Below are positions 1-9,948 of a DNA stretch of 64,000 nucleotides, one piece after another (the stretch's first letter is position 1; every line of letters starts with the position of its first letter). Under the pieces are notes generated by a model that saw nothing but the letters and a program-made list of their open reading frames with translations, was not told where the DNA came from and made no database searches. Both the position numbers and the translations under genes were made by a program. Location of the stretch: positions 62,001 through 126,000 of IMG/VR virus record IMGVR_UViG_3300043446_003193. One strand, given 5' to 3'.

Positions 1-22
1 GCCATAACTTATTATTCTTTTA

Positions 23-220
23 TTAAAATTGTGAACCACTTACTTGTAGTACCGTGTATTCGTTTAATTGTTTTCTAAATTCTTTGTTTTTTGTGTAAAG
101 GTCTAATGTTCTATTTACTAATTTTTGAAAATTTATACCACCCTGTATTGATGTTATTTTAAAATCTTCATCATATAACTTTTGTATAACCTTAACAGTT
201 GTTAATTTTAATTCTGCCAT
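23..220 (-). CDS. Small hypothetical protein (65 aa, MAELKLTTVKV...)
   Basis: ATG at 220 preferred over the track start, which overlaps the upstream gene; fits the co-directional operon. Confidence 0.6.
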   Translation of the reverse strand: MAELKLTTVKVIQKLYDEDFKITSIQGGINFQKLVNRTLDLYTKNKEFRKQLNEYTVLQVSGSQF

Positions 221-260
221 AATTGTTGATAATTTATATATACATATATATGATATAAAA

Positions 261-1127
261 TTATTTTCCATTACAATATTTTCCGTAGAACTCACACCAT
301 CCACATAATTTTGACGGTTTTGTTATATATTCAATATCCGTTCTATAATTACCATCTTTATCAAACACAGTTTCTACAAATTCAGTAAATCCTTTCCATG
401 CTTTGTTTATAGACGGTTTACCATTGGCAGGAACATGTCTACTCATTCTATGTGTTGGTATATCTTCAACTACTTCAACTTTTCTTTTTAAGATAATAAA
501 TTCAACATCAATCATATCTTCAGAAATACCAATTAATTCTGCATAAAATTTCTTATACAAAAGTATTTGTGAATTTTTAACAGCATCCGATTTTTGATAT
601 TTACTCCAACCTCTTGTAGATGTTTTAAAATCTATAATTTTATACTTTCCGGTAAATGTATCTCTAATAATTAAATCTATAAAACCCATAAAGTTTACAT
701 TCTCTGCAATCTTTGTGTTTATAGGTTGTTCAATCGCTACTAATTCATCGTGCTTTAACGAAAAGAATTTATTAAAGTTTTTAGGTTTTTGAAACCAATC
801 TAATAGAACATTTCCATCTTCTAAAAACTCTACCATTTCTTCTTTTGTACAAATTGTAGTGTTTCCAATTTCTCCGCCGGATTCTTTTAAGTATGCATCT
901 CTCATTCTTTCTTTTAGATATACTTTTAAGTCAATCATTTTATCCGCTTGGGATTTTGATATTCTTAAACATTTCTCTAAATAGTTTTGTAGAGTTTCGT
1001 GCATTGCTGTTCCGAAAATACTATGGATGTTTGAACTAGATTCGGATAATCCATCTATATAACTTAATTTGTATTGTTGTGGACATGTATGCCACATACT
1101 ATATTGTGAAAATGATACTCTTGCCAT
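261..1127 (-). CDS. Cas4/RecB-like PD-(D/E)XK exonuclease with probable 4Fe-4S cluster
   Basis: GFIDLI...IIDFKTS...QILLY nuclease motifs; N-terminal TCP Cys plus C-terminal CGWC-x6-C. Confidence 0.8.
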   Translation of the reverse strand: MARVSFSQYSMWHTCPQQYKLSYIDGLSESSSNIHSIFGTAMHETLQNYLEKCLRISKSQADKMIDLKVYLKERMRDAYLKESGGEIGNTTICTKEEMVEFLEDGNVLLDWFQKPKNFNKFFSLKHDELVAIEQPINTKIAENVNFMGFIDLIIRDTFTGKYKIIDFKTSTRGWSKYQKSDAVKNSQILLYKKFYAELIGISEDMIDVEFIILKRKVEVVEDIPTHRMSRHVPANGKPSINKAWKGFTEFVETVFDKDGNYRTDIEYITKPSKLCGWCEFYGKYCNGK

Positions 1128-1131
1128 AGAT

Positions 1132-1163
1132 GTAATATAACTAAATTATTTGGATTTACCAAA
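1132..1163 (-). promoter_or_regulatory. Bacteroidota-type promoter TTTG-N20-TATATTAC
   Basis: Read from the sequence; the -7 box ends 4 nt before the ATG at 1127. Confidence 0.65.
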
Positions 1164-1616
1164 TTATATCTTAAGTTTTAATTTAGTTACTTGCTTCTTA
1201 TCTACTGCATATTTTTCACAAACATATTTGATATATTCTCTACCTTCTCTGGTTGAATAAAGAATTTCTATATAATCGTTTGCTTGAACTTCCGAACAAT
1301 CGTATTCCTTTTTAATTAAATCAACTAAAAAAGATTCATACTTATCTTCTGATTTTCCTTTAATATATTTTAAATAATATTTACCTTTTGGTATGACACT
1401 AATATACAACTTATACATTTCCTTTGGTTGTAGTGTTTGCGTTAAAGGAAGTAAAGTTGCAATCAGTTCAACCCATTCAGGTTTCATAGAAAGAAAACGA
1501 TTAATCATAAAATTACTCCATGATTTTAAATCTTCTTCCGTTAGTTTATCAAAGTACTTTGGGTCTTGTTCGGTTGTTACTGCATTAATATGGTCAAATA
1601 ACTTTTTGGCTGCCAT
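1164..1616 (-). CDS. Clamp loader small subunit (T4 gp62-like)
   Basis: LFDHINAVT...WSNFMINRFLSM pattern, size, and position near the gp44-like gene. Confidence 0.65.
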   Translation of the reverse strand: MAAKKLFDHINAVTTEQDPKYFDKLTEEDLKSWSNFMINRFLSMKPEWVELIATLLPLTQTLQPKEMYKLYISVIPKGKYYLKYIKGKSEDKYESFLVDLIKKEYDCSEVQANDYIEILYSTREGREYIKYVCEKYAVDKKQVTKLKLKI

Positions 1617-1858
1617 TATTCAATGATTTTTGTTTCTTGTAATTCTTGTGGTAATAACTCATTTAAAGGTTTACCACAACTCGCACAAAGATATAATTCA
1701 ATTGGCATTACTGAATCTTTTGCTCCACCTGTCAATAGACGTGATATTTTTTTAAATCTATATCCTGGCATAAATACTTTTCCACCACAATCACATTCCA
1801 TGTCTCTTGCATCATTTAAGTTAAAATTAGGTGGTAATTGGTTCATTTGCTCTTGCAT
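1616..1858 (-). CDS. Zn-ribbon hypothetical protein
   Basis: CDCGG...CASCG Cys pairs; TAATG coupling to the next gene. Confidence 0.65.
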   Translation of the reverse strand: MQEQMNQLPPNFNLNDARDMECDCGGKVFMPGYRFKKISRLLTGGAKDSVMPIELYLCASCGKPLNELLPQELQETKIIE

Positions 1859-1864
1859 AATTTT

Positions 1865-2812
1865 TTATTTTATAATGTTTAATATTTGTATAATTGTTGA
1901 AGTGAATACGATTTCTTTATCCACCACTAATGCATCTTTTGATAATCCTTCTGCAATTGTAACTATCACATTTGCTGTATTTCCACTTGCATAATCATCA
2001 ACCTTATCATACAACATTGAATACATTTCTGAATAATCATTTAATTTATTATCCGCAACTGCTTGTCTAATTTTCATAAACACATTTCTCTTATCATCAT
2101 TTGATTTCAAAAGGTCAATCAATTTAGTTTGGAAATTTGATTCAACCATAATCTGATGGTCAACTTTCAATTCACCTTTTGCAGATTGTAATTGACAAGT
2201 ATTAAGTATTCTTCTAATATCTGGATAATAAGAATTGATAATATCCGCCATATTCTTTGGTTCATACTTAATGTTTTCAGCCTCTAAAATTTTAGCTACT
2301 TGAACTGCTACATCCTTTTTTGTAGGTGGAGTAATTGCAAATGATTGACATCTACTTTTGATTGGGTCAATAATCTTTTCGTGATAATTACAAGTTAAGA
2401 TAAAACGGCAATGTTTACTAAATGTTTCCATTAAGTTACGAAGGATTGCCTGTGCTCCAGGTGTCATATAATCAAACTCATCTAAGATAATAATCTTAAA
2501 TCCTGCAAAACCCATTGATGATGCAAAGTTCTTTACTTTGTTACGAACTGTGTCCACATTATTTTCATCTGATGCATTGATAATCATGCTATCACACTTA
2601 ATTGTATTTACTATTAACTTTGCTAATGTGGTCTTACCTGTCCCTGCTTTGCCATACAAAAGTAAATGTGGAATATCGTTATTATCCAAATATTGTTGTA
2701 TTGTTTCTTTTACAGTTTCATTTCCTACATATTCGGAAAGTGTTTGTGGGCGATACTTTTCTACCCATAATGTATGTTCTCTTTTAGAGACATCGTTTGC
2801 GAAAAAACTCAT
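1865..2812 (-). CDS. gp44: Clamp loader large subunit (gp44/RFC-like AAA+ ATPase)
   Basis: WVEKYRP RFC box, GKAGTGKT Walker A, ILDEFD Walker B, SRC motif. Confidence 0.93.
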   Translation of the reverse strand: MSFFANDVSKREHTLWVEKYRPQTLSEYVGNETVKETIQQYLDNNDIPHLLLYGKAGTGKTTLAKLIVNTIKCDSMIINASDENNVDTVRNKVKNFASSMGFAGFKIIILDEFDYMTPGAQAILRNLMETFSKHCRFILTCNYHEKIIDPIKSRCQSFAITPPTKKDVAVQVAKILEAENIKYEPKNMADIINSYYPDIRRILNTCQLQSAKGELKVDHQIMVESNFQTKLIDLLKSNDDKRNVFMKIRQAVADNKLNDYSEMYSMLYDKVDDYASGNTANVIVTIAEGLSKDALVVDKEIVFTSTIIQILNIIK

Positions 2813-2824
2813 ATTATTATTTTT

Positions 2825-3259
2825 TTATTTACCAGTTGAACCGAATCCGCCTTCACCTCTTTCTGAATCAGAAAGTTCATCAACTTCCACAAATTCAATC
2901 GGTGGGTAAGGTATAATTATTATTTGTGCAACTCTATCACCAACCATGTAGATATGCCCACCATCAATTTTATTTACGCCTTTTTTATTAAATGTTGCTT
3001 GTAATTCTCCTCTATAACCACTATCAATCACACCCACCGAATTACTTAATGTTAAATCGGTATTTCTTATTGATGAACGAGGAAATACCAATCCTACAAA
3101 TCCTTCTGGTATTTCTAAAGCAATTCCCAATCCATATGTAATTTGTGTTGAAGTTTCTAATATAATTGACGTTGCTACTAAATCTAATCCCGCATCACTA
3201 TTTTTTGCGTATTTTGGGATTACTGCGTTTTCTTTTAATTTCTTTATGTTTATCTTCAT
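2825..3259 (-). CDS. dut: Trimeric dUTPase
   Basis: AGLDL, PRSS, GVIDSGYRGE, RVAQ and RGEGGFGSTG motifs; start moved to ATG 3259 (MKINIKK). Confidence 0.95.
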   Translation of the reverse strand: MKINIKKLKENAVIPKYAKNSDAGLDLVATSIILETSTQITYGLGIALEIPEGFVGLVFPRSSIRNTDLTLSNSVGVIDSGYRGELQATFNKKGVNKIDGGHIYMVGDRVAQIIIIPYPPIEFVEVDELSDSERGEGGFGSTGK

Positions 3260-3272
3260 TTTTTTATTTTTA

Positions 3273-3303
3273 CTAATATACAAATAATTTTTTAAAATGC
3301 AAA
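3273..3303 (-). promoter_or_regulatory. Bacteroidota-type promoter TTTG-N19-TATATTAG
   Basis: Read from the sequence upstream of dut. Confidence 0.55.
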
Positions 3304-5847
3304 GAATTTCTTTGCAGTTTGTGCACCTTCGGATGCTTTTTCCCATTTAAGAGCGTTATAAAAATCATCTAATTTATTTTCTAATTCCGATTTATATATC
3401 TCATCCCTATCAATGTATGTTTCTATAAATTCCATAACTTCTTTAGGGTCATTATAATCTTTAAATGCTAATCCTTCTAGTCCTAATGGATTTTGTCTTA
3501 GATATACCCATTTTACTTTATCACCATCTCTGATTGGTTCGTGTTTATATGGACAATTGAAGAACTTTAATAATCTATTGTATGCTATTCCGGCTTTAAC
3601 GTGTGCAGGTGTTCCTTTTTCAAATTCTGCAACCGGTTTACCCTTTTCCCATCTTCCATTGTCATACTTACTTAACTCTTTAATTGCACCACCCTTTGCA
3701 ATTGTATTTACAGGAAGTTCTGGTAAACTCTTTTTAAATTTTAATAATGTATCATCAATATATTCATTGTTTTTACCCATTAGAATATCTTTTAACATTG
3801 TAGACATGAACTTCTGAAATGCTTTTGGAAATGAGGAACGAACTACATCCAATCCTTTTACATCCAACTTATCACATGGAATACCATTTTTCAAAATCAT
3901 CCATTGTGCATATCTTTTCTTTGCTACCCAAAATCCGGCTTTACTGATATACTCTTTCTTAATTTCAAATCTATGTTTCTCTTTTGGAATACAGAAAAAT
4001 CTTTCTGCTAATAGGTCATAAAATTTATTAAGGAATGTTTGTGTTTCTTCTGCAATAGTATTTACCTCTTGTGCCATTCTCTTCTCATCAAAGTTCTTAT
4101 AATCAGGGTATCTATGTTTTACCAAAGGTTCTGCCATCATATAGATTGAATCCGTATCAATATACACATTGTAATCTTCTTTCGTACCCAACTCTTTCCA
4201 ATATTTGATGTTAGCCATTTCGGCAGTTTTCTTAATTACTGTTTGACCAGTAATTGTAACCGCTTCCGCATTATCAATATCATAGAAACGAAATGCAGGT
4301 AATCCTAACACACCATACATTGAGTTCAAAAGAATCTTTTGTACCAATTGTCTTTTAGCGTAAAACTCATACTTTTCATTATCACCCGCTTCACCATATT
4401 TCTTTTCTAATTTTCTGAACTCAACCCTTTGTTGAAACCATGTATTAAGAATATCCGCAATCAAACCTGGTTTATCCTGATTATAAAGTACTCCATTTGC
4501 AGCGATACCCAAATTACTATCTTTGATTACATCTGCAAGTTCCTGTTTTGTATATTCATATTCATCACCATCCTTACCGATTATTTTATACATCCTATCT
4601 TCACCTTTAATCCATTGTTCCGGGTCCCAATTTTGTACCTTACCAATCTTTGTTTCTGGACTGATATTTAGGGTCATAATGATTGATGGATATAGAGATG
4701 TTAAATCCAAGTCATAAATCCAATCATACTTTCCAACGATAGGTTCTTTAACATATGCTCCGATGAACTTCTCTTCGTTGTTATCACGAAGTGCCTGCAT
4801 TCTTTCTTTCCTATCTTTTGGTTTATTTGGTGATACTAAATTTTTAGTTTTTAGATATGCCAAACATGCTCCTTCTAAGTACTTTGATGAATAAATGTAA
4901 TCTTCATATGGAACGAATCCGGCGTGACAAATCGCTCTACATAAATCAATGAATTGTAATTTACTATCCATTGCTACAACAAGGTCTACGTCCACAATAT
5001 TATATTCAATGAATTTTTCTAAATCCTCTTCAAATAAGTCATCCAAACTTCCTTCATACTCTACCTTACCTCTACCCAATTCTTTGGTTGCAATGTGGTT
5101 AAGGGTGTATGAACTTTCTAAACCATAGTTATAGTTTTTATAAAGATTGATGTAATCTAAAATTGATACACCACCAAAACTCCATTTCTCTCTATATGGA
5201 GACCAGAAAGTTTGTCCGATTGGAGATAATCTTTTTGCATGACCTTCTCCACATACATTTTTTAAACGATTGTAAAGATATGGAATATCAAAAAAATCTA
5301 TATTCCAACCAGTTAAAATAGTTGGGTTAATTTCCTCGTAATAATTAAGGAAAGCAAGTAAGAGATTTTTCTCGTTGTCGTAAATGTGAATAACAACTTT
5401 TCTCCCATCTTTGCTAAAATTGTTTGCATTATTTTTAACTTTTTTATGTTTATCTAAAACAAATACATCAAAAACACCAGTTGCCCCATCATGAGCAGCA
5501 ATTGCTGTAATTTCATTTTGAGCTTCTCGTGTATTTGGAAGACCTGTAATCATTTCTACCTCAATATCAAATGTCATTACTCTATGTCCATTTGAAGGTA
5601 AATCGGAATCATACATATCAACCAACACTCTCGTTGTTTCTGGTACATCACTTTCAAATAAATCTTCGGATTCTTCTTTTTCCCATTTGCTAATTCTAGT
5701 CAAACGGTCTCCGTTCATTGAAAGATGTTGACCCATAGGGTCTTTTTTGTAGGCATACTTTCGGTATGGTAAGGTGAAGTAACCTTTTTCATCGTCCCAT
5801 AAATGAATTAAGTTTCTTTGCCTTTCGTAGAATATGTTTTGATACAT
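3292..5847 (-). CDS. gp43: Family B DNA polymerase (T4 gp43-like)
   Basis: Exonuclease motifs FDIE and TGWNIDFFD; polymerase motifs DLTSLYPSII, KILLNSMYG, YIDTDS, KKRY. Confidence 0.96.
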   Translation of the reverse strand: MYQNIFYERQRNLIHLWDDEKGYFTLPYRKYAYKKDPMGQHLSMNGDRLTRISKWEKEESEDLFESDVPETTRVLVDMYDSDLPSNGHRVMTFDIEVEMITGLPNTREAQNEITAIAAHDGATGVFDVFVLDKHKKVKNNANNFSKDGRKVVIHIYDNEKNLLLAFLNYYEEINPTILTGWNIDFFDIPYLYNRLKNVCGEGHAKRLSPIGQTFWSPYREKWSFGGVSILDYINLYKNYNYGLESSYTLNHIATKELGRGKVEYEGSLDDLFEEDLEKFIEYNIVDVDLVVAMDSKLQFIDLCRAICHAGFVPYEDYIYSSKYLEGACLAYLKTKNLVSPNKPKDRKERMQALRDNNEEKFIGAYVKEPIVGKYDWIYDLDLTSLYPSIIMTLNISPETKIGKVQNWDPEQWIKGEDRMYKIIGKDGDEYEYTKQELADVIKDSNLGIAANGVLYNQDKPGLIADILNTWFQQRVEFRKLEKKYGEAGDNEKYEFYAKRQLVQKILLNSMYGVLGLPAFRFYDIDNAEAVTITGQTVIKKTAEMANIKYWKELGTKEDYNVYIDTDSIYMMAEPLVKHRYPDYKNFDEKRMAQEVNTIAEETQTFLNKFYDLLAERFFCIPKEKHRFEIKKEYISKAGFWVAKKRYAQWMILKNGIPCDKLDVKGLDVVRSSFPKAFQKFMSTMLKDILMGKNNEYIDDTLLKFKKSLPELPVNTIAKGGAIKELSKYDNGRWEKGKPVAEFEKGTPAHVKAGIAYNRLLKFFNCPYKHEPIRDGDKVKWVYLRQNPLGLEGLAFKDYNDPKEVMEFIETYIDRDEIYKSELENKLDDFYNALKWEKASEGAQTAKKFFAF

Positions 5848-5855
5848 TTTTTATA

Positions 5856-7427
5856 TTATGGTTTGTAAAATATAAAGATTGGTTCGTATTTGTAAAACTG
5901 ACCTTCAATCTTCATACTATTTTTTGCTTTTGATAAATCCATTCCTGTCATCGGACTCATCGTCATTCTTAATTTTCCTCTATACTCCATTCCTAATTCA
6001 ACTAGAATATCAATTGAATCTTGCTCTAATGGGAAAAATTTATCCGTTCCAATTTTTATATCTGCAATATTCCAACAAATGTATCTATCATTTTTAAGAT
6101 ATTCAAATGCAGTTGTTAGTGTAGGTCGTAAGAAACCATCTCTCCAACTTTCATATGAACTAAATTTCTTAAATGATTGTGTATCATCATCGGAATATCT
6201 TTCTCTATCAAAGTATGGTGGAGAAGTAAATACAAAATCTAATTCACCTTTATACTTTTGAAATCTTTCTTCTAAGTGAATAATTTCAGAGCCAGTTGTA
6301 AAAATTTCGTAAGTATTTGCATGTCCCCAAAACGGGTTTGATGCTCCAGGTACTTTATTGTTAAAGAATTCTGCAAGATACTCATATCTAGTTTTTCCGA
6401 TTTCAGGTATTTGATTTTCTGTATTAGGGTCATTTCCTATATAATGTATATTTCTATCATCAACACTCAATGCTCCTAAAATTCTACCACCCCATCCAGC
6501 AGATGGGTCGTAAATATTAATCTTCTTTTGGTCTTTGATGTGGTTTGTAAATCTTTGGTAAAGATATTTTGCAGTTAGTGGTGGAAAATTTACCGCTGCT
6601 TGAGTTCCCATACCAATTCTAAATGCCGCAGTTGCCTCAGGGAATATAGTTTGTCCTAATGGATAAATTTTAATTTGAATTGGTTGTTTTGGAATATCAT
6701 ATAGATTATCAATATTCTCACCCCAATCTGCAGTTTTTAATGAAGATATGTTTTCATACTTCAATATACCCGCTGCATAAAGTTCTTTAACCTCTTGTGC
6801 AGTAATTGGTGGTGATGGAACTTTACTATCTGCTTGAGATAAACAAAATCCATGTCCTTCTAAGCTTTCACCAGATACCCATTTCTCAATCCATTCTTTA
6901 CCACTTTGGATATGTGAGTTATGAAATTCAGGATGATTTAAATGTAAAGTTTTAGAAAAACGATACATACCATCTTGTCTTGTCAATCTATTCATTTGTT
7001 TAATGAACTCTGGAAGATATTCATCATTTGCAAATACATCATATATAGATGGTTTTGGTTTATCATAAGTTGAACCACCAATACCTGTCTTATACATTGC
7101 AGGGAAGAATTGATTAACTGGTGTAGCAAACTTATTAAAGTTAAAGATGACTTCATTTCCTTCATCATCTTTTTCTTCAAACTCATTTACTTTATAAGTT
7201 TGTAGTCTTGAAAACTGCTCAATCATTTCTGATTCATCAACACCAATTCTAGGTGGTGCACCGGTTTCATTCCACTTTCTTACTGCTAATTCACGAAAGA
7301 ATGCCACCCACTCTCCGAACTTAGGGAATGGCATTTTAAGAACATCTTCGTATTTTAAGTTTACTTCTGGAGAGTAAATCCAATCGTTCTTTTCGTAAAA
7401 GTATTTTTTAGGATAATTAAAACTCAT
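5856..7427 (-). CDS. SAM-dependent DNA amino-methyltransferase-like protein, paralogue 1
   Basis: Motif I YDPSAGWGGR, motif IV FTSPPYF; long N-terminal extension. Confidence 0.8.
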   Translation of the reverse strand: MSFNYPKKYFYEKNDWIYSPEVNLKYEDVLKMPFPKFGEWVAFFRELAVRKWNETGAPPRIGVDESEMIEQFSRLQTYKVNEFEEKDDEGNEVIFNFNKFATPVNQFFPAMYKTGIGGSTYDKPKPSIYDVFANDEYLPEFIKQMNRLTRQDGMYRFSKTLHLNHPEFHNSHIQSGKEWIEKWVSGESLEGHGFCLSQADSKVPSPPITAQEVKELYAAGILKYENISSLKTADWGENIDNLYDIPKQPIQIKIYPLGQTIFPEATAAFRIGMGTQAAVNFPPLTAKYLYQRFTNHIKDQKKINIYDPSAGWGGRILGALSVDDRNIHYIGNDPNTENQIPEIGKTRYEYLAEFFNNKVPGASNPFWGHANTYEIFTTGSEIIHLEERFQKYKGELDFVFTSPPYFDRERYSDDDTQSFKKFSSYESWRDGFLRPTLTTAFEYLKNDRYICWNIADIKIGTDKFFPLEQDSIDILVELGMEYRGKLRMTMSPMTGMDLSKAKNSMKIEGQFYKYEPIFIFYKP

Positions 7428-8146
7428 TATGCAGTTAATTGAACTTCTACTAAATAATATTTTGAAGTAAAGTCATCAACTTTAAATTCAGCGTGAGCCA
7501 AACCTGCAGTTGAAACTTTTAAAGTAACTGAAGTTGCCTCTTTGTTTGCTGTAAGGATTTCTTTGAAATACTTTGCAGAGAAAGAGATTGGTTTAATTTG
7601 TTTTGTAAAATCTTTTTGTGCTGTAAATTCAATTCTATTTGAATTAACATTTGAATATCCTAATACAATTTTTAATTGCTCATCTGCTGATAAAATTGTA
7701 AAAGTATCAACATCACTTAATGCGTTTTTCGCTTTGATAAATTTATCAATAAACTTCGCATCAAATCCGATTTCAACATCCCATTCTGGAATACTTTTTA
7801 ATTCAGGAACAGATGGAATAACTGCCAAATCTGCTAATTGGAATTGTAATTTAGTATCACCATTCTTAATGAATAAGTTTACTGCTTTACCTTCAACTTG
7901 TTGAACATCAAATTCAATATCTTCGTCAGCTACTGATAACAATTTTGTTAATTGTGATGTTGTGTATACACCTAATTCTGGTGTTGTTTGTGTGAAATTA
8001 TCTAATTCAACTTCACCTAATACTGTTTTATCATCTGAGATAAAACGAGTAACTAATTTACCATCTGTCGCTTTCCAAGAAACAGATTCTACTAATCCAG
8101 CCAAATTATACTTTTGGATAAATCGTGTAACTCTTACTTTGTTCAT
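7427..8146 (-). CDS. gp45: Sliding clamp (T4 gp45-like)
   Basis: 239 aa, two-domain clamp-like pattern, ends KYYLVEV; lies in a replisome cluster with the clamp loader. Confidence 0.75.
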   Translation of the reverse strand: MNKVRVTRFIQKYNLAGLVESVSWKATDGKLVTRFISDDKTVLGEVELDNFTQTTPELGVYTTSQLTKLLSVADEDIEFDVQQVEGKAVNLFIKNGDTKLQFQLADLAVIPSVPELKSIPEWDVEIGFDAKFIDKFIKAKNALSDVDTFTILSADEQLKIVLGYSNVNSNRIEFTAQKDFTKQIKPISFSAKYFKEILTANKEATSVTLKVSTAGLAHAEFKVDDFTSKYYLVEVQLTA

Positions 8147-8174
8147 ACTTTTTTGTTTTAAATTTTATGTTTGT

Positions 8175-8206
8175 TAAATATAACACTTTTTTTTGATAAT
8201 ACCAAA
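8175..8206 (-). promoter_or_regulatory. Bacteroidota-type promoter TTTG-N20-TATATTTA
   Basis: Read from the sequence upstream of the clamp gene. Confidence 0.65.
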
Positions 8207-9436
8207 TTATATTTTTTTCCATATCCATATAGGTTCGCAGAATGTTTTATCACCTGCTTCTTCTGCTTTTTTGAGTGCTTCTTCGGTGTATCTATCTTCA
8301 TCACCTTCTATAATTGAAGCTGCACCTGCACTACCTGGTCTCTTTGCCATTTCCATACCCAAACATCCTTGATATTCTGCACCCAAAGATTGAATAAAAT
8401 CATTCATTGGATTACATATTTCTTTATATCCTTTACCATCACCTTTAGAACTTGCGTATACATCTGCAATATTGATTGCTAAATATCCACCTTTACGAAT
8501 TGTAGGCCATACATTTGAAATTGTTTTATGTAAAAATAATGTATTCCAATCATCTATATTTTTATATCGTACCCAACTTTGAGTATCATCATATGAATAC
8601 CTTTCTACATTAAAATATGGTGGGGAACTGAATACAATATCAAAGTGTTCTTTATACATTGAAAGGTCTGCATCTTCTGCCGGTGATTCAATAAAATCGG
8701 CTTTCTTTTCAGTTTCAAAAAACCCGTTATTCTTTGTATAAAATTCTGCTTGTTGTCTATAAATTGGATGATTTTCTTTACGAGGATCAATACCTACATA
8801 ATGTTTTCCTTTTTCACTTGCAAAGAAACCACACATTCTATCACCCCATCCTGCTGATATATCCAAAACATTCTCAGCTTCCACGTAATCATACAATGCT
8901 TTGGCAACATTAGGTTTAAATTGAGAACATATGTATTTTCTTAAACTCAAACATACCCTCAAAGCTGCTTTATCTATTTCATCAAATTTAAGAGTATACA
9001 ATCCACCCATAAGAGTGGTCATAAATTCTTTACTTGTCCAAGTTCTCAATGGACCAGGTGAAACTGTACCATCAACACTCCAACGATTTTGTTGTTGGAA
9101 AAAATTAGATGCTTCGTTTCCGGTATTCAATCTTCTAAAGTATTGTGGTTTTCCTTGAAAATCTAAACTATATCTAAAATCGGATGCTTTTCTTGGAAAC
9201 CATTCACCTTCGGTAAGTAGTTCTCTCCAACGAATTCCTTTTAATTTAAGATATTCTTTTCTTGCTTCTTCTTCGGTAATTTCCGCATATGGAAGTGGGT
9301 ACTCCATGCAAATATCTGCAAGAGATTCTTTAACATCTTCTCTATCAAATGTTTTTTGTATATATTCCCACTCTTCTTCATTGATATGAAGATATGGTTC
9401 CATTCCTTTAAATTTATTAAAATATTCTATGAACAT
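8207..9436 (-). CDS. SAM-dependent DNA amino-methyltransferase-like protein, paralogue 2
   Basis: LDISAGWGDR and FSSPPYF motifs; start overlaps the GNAT stop. Confidence 0.8.
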   Translation of the reverse strand: MFIEYFNKFKGMEPYLHINEEEWEYIQKTFDREDVKESLADICMEYPLPYAEITEEEARKEYLKLKGIRWRELLTEGEWFPRKASDFRYSLDFQGKPQYFRRLNTGNEASNFFQQQNRWSVDGTVSPGPLRTWTSKEFMTTLMGGLYTLKFDEIDKAALRVCLSLRKYICSQFKPNVAKALYDYVEAENVLDISAGWGDRMCGFFASEKGKHYVGIDPRKENHPIYRQQAEFYTKNNGFFETEKKADFIESPAEDADLSMYKEHFDIVFSSPPYFNVERYSYDDTQSWVRYKNIDDWNTLFLHKTISNVWPTIRKGGYLAINIADVYASSKGDGKGYKEICNPMNDFIQSLGAEYQGCLGMEMAKRPGSAGAASIIEGDEDRYTEEALKKAEEAGDKTFCEPIWIWKKI

Positions 9437-9948
9437 ACTGTCTCAATATTTTTATCAGCAACTAACCTCAATCTAAAAACAATACCAGGTATTATACCAT
9501 CTTTTTTAGATGTCCAGTATATTTCACTATCCTTTACAAATCCGTTTCTATAATAGAATTCAACTGCTCTCGTATTAAACTCTCTTACGGTTAAGAACAA
9601 ATTTTCTGCATGTTGTGATTTACAATATTCTATAAATTTATTAAGAACTCTAACTGATGCTCCAGTTACTGAGTGATTACTTGCAATCTGATGTAAAATA
9701 TAATCACCTTTCTTTTTATAAGTGGTTGCGTTTCTACTCATCTTACCATTACTACCATATCTACCAAAAGTAACTACAACACCATCTTGCAGTATTATAC
9801 CACCTTTTTCAATATATTTTTCCAACTTAAAACCTTGCTTATGTAGGTGTGGAAATATTTCAGGATACAAATCAATAATAGCAGAAGCCTGATTTACTGC
9901 TTCTGTCATTTCTGTTGTACCTTTTTCTGCTTTTATAAAATTAAGCAT
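9427..9948 (-). CDS. GNAT-family acetyltransferase
   Basis: C-terminal LTVREFNTRAVEFYYRNGF GNAT signature; ATG at 9948 overlaps the AsnB-like stop. Confidence 0.8.
   Translation of the reverse strand: MLNFIKAEKGTTEMTEAVNQASAIIDLYPEIFPHLHKQGFKLEKYIEKGGIILQDGVVVTFGRYGSNGKMSRNATTYKKKGDYILHQIASNHSVTGASVRVLNKFIEYCKSQHAENLFLTVREFNTRAVEFYYRNGFVKDSEIYWTSKKDGIIPGIVFRLRLVADKNIETVCS

Noticed and set aside
261-1127. CRISPR-Cas locus suggested by the Cas4-like gene
   Set aside because: No repeat-spacer array or other cas genes in the window.
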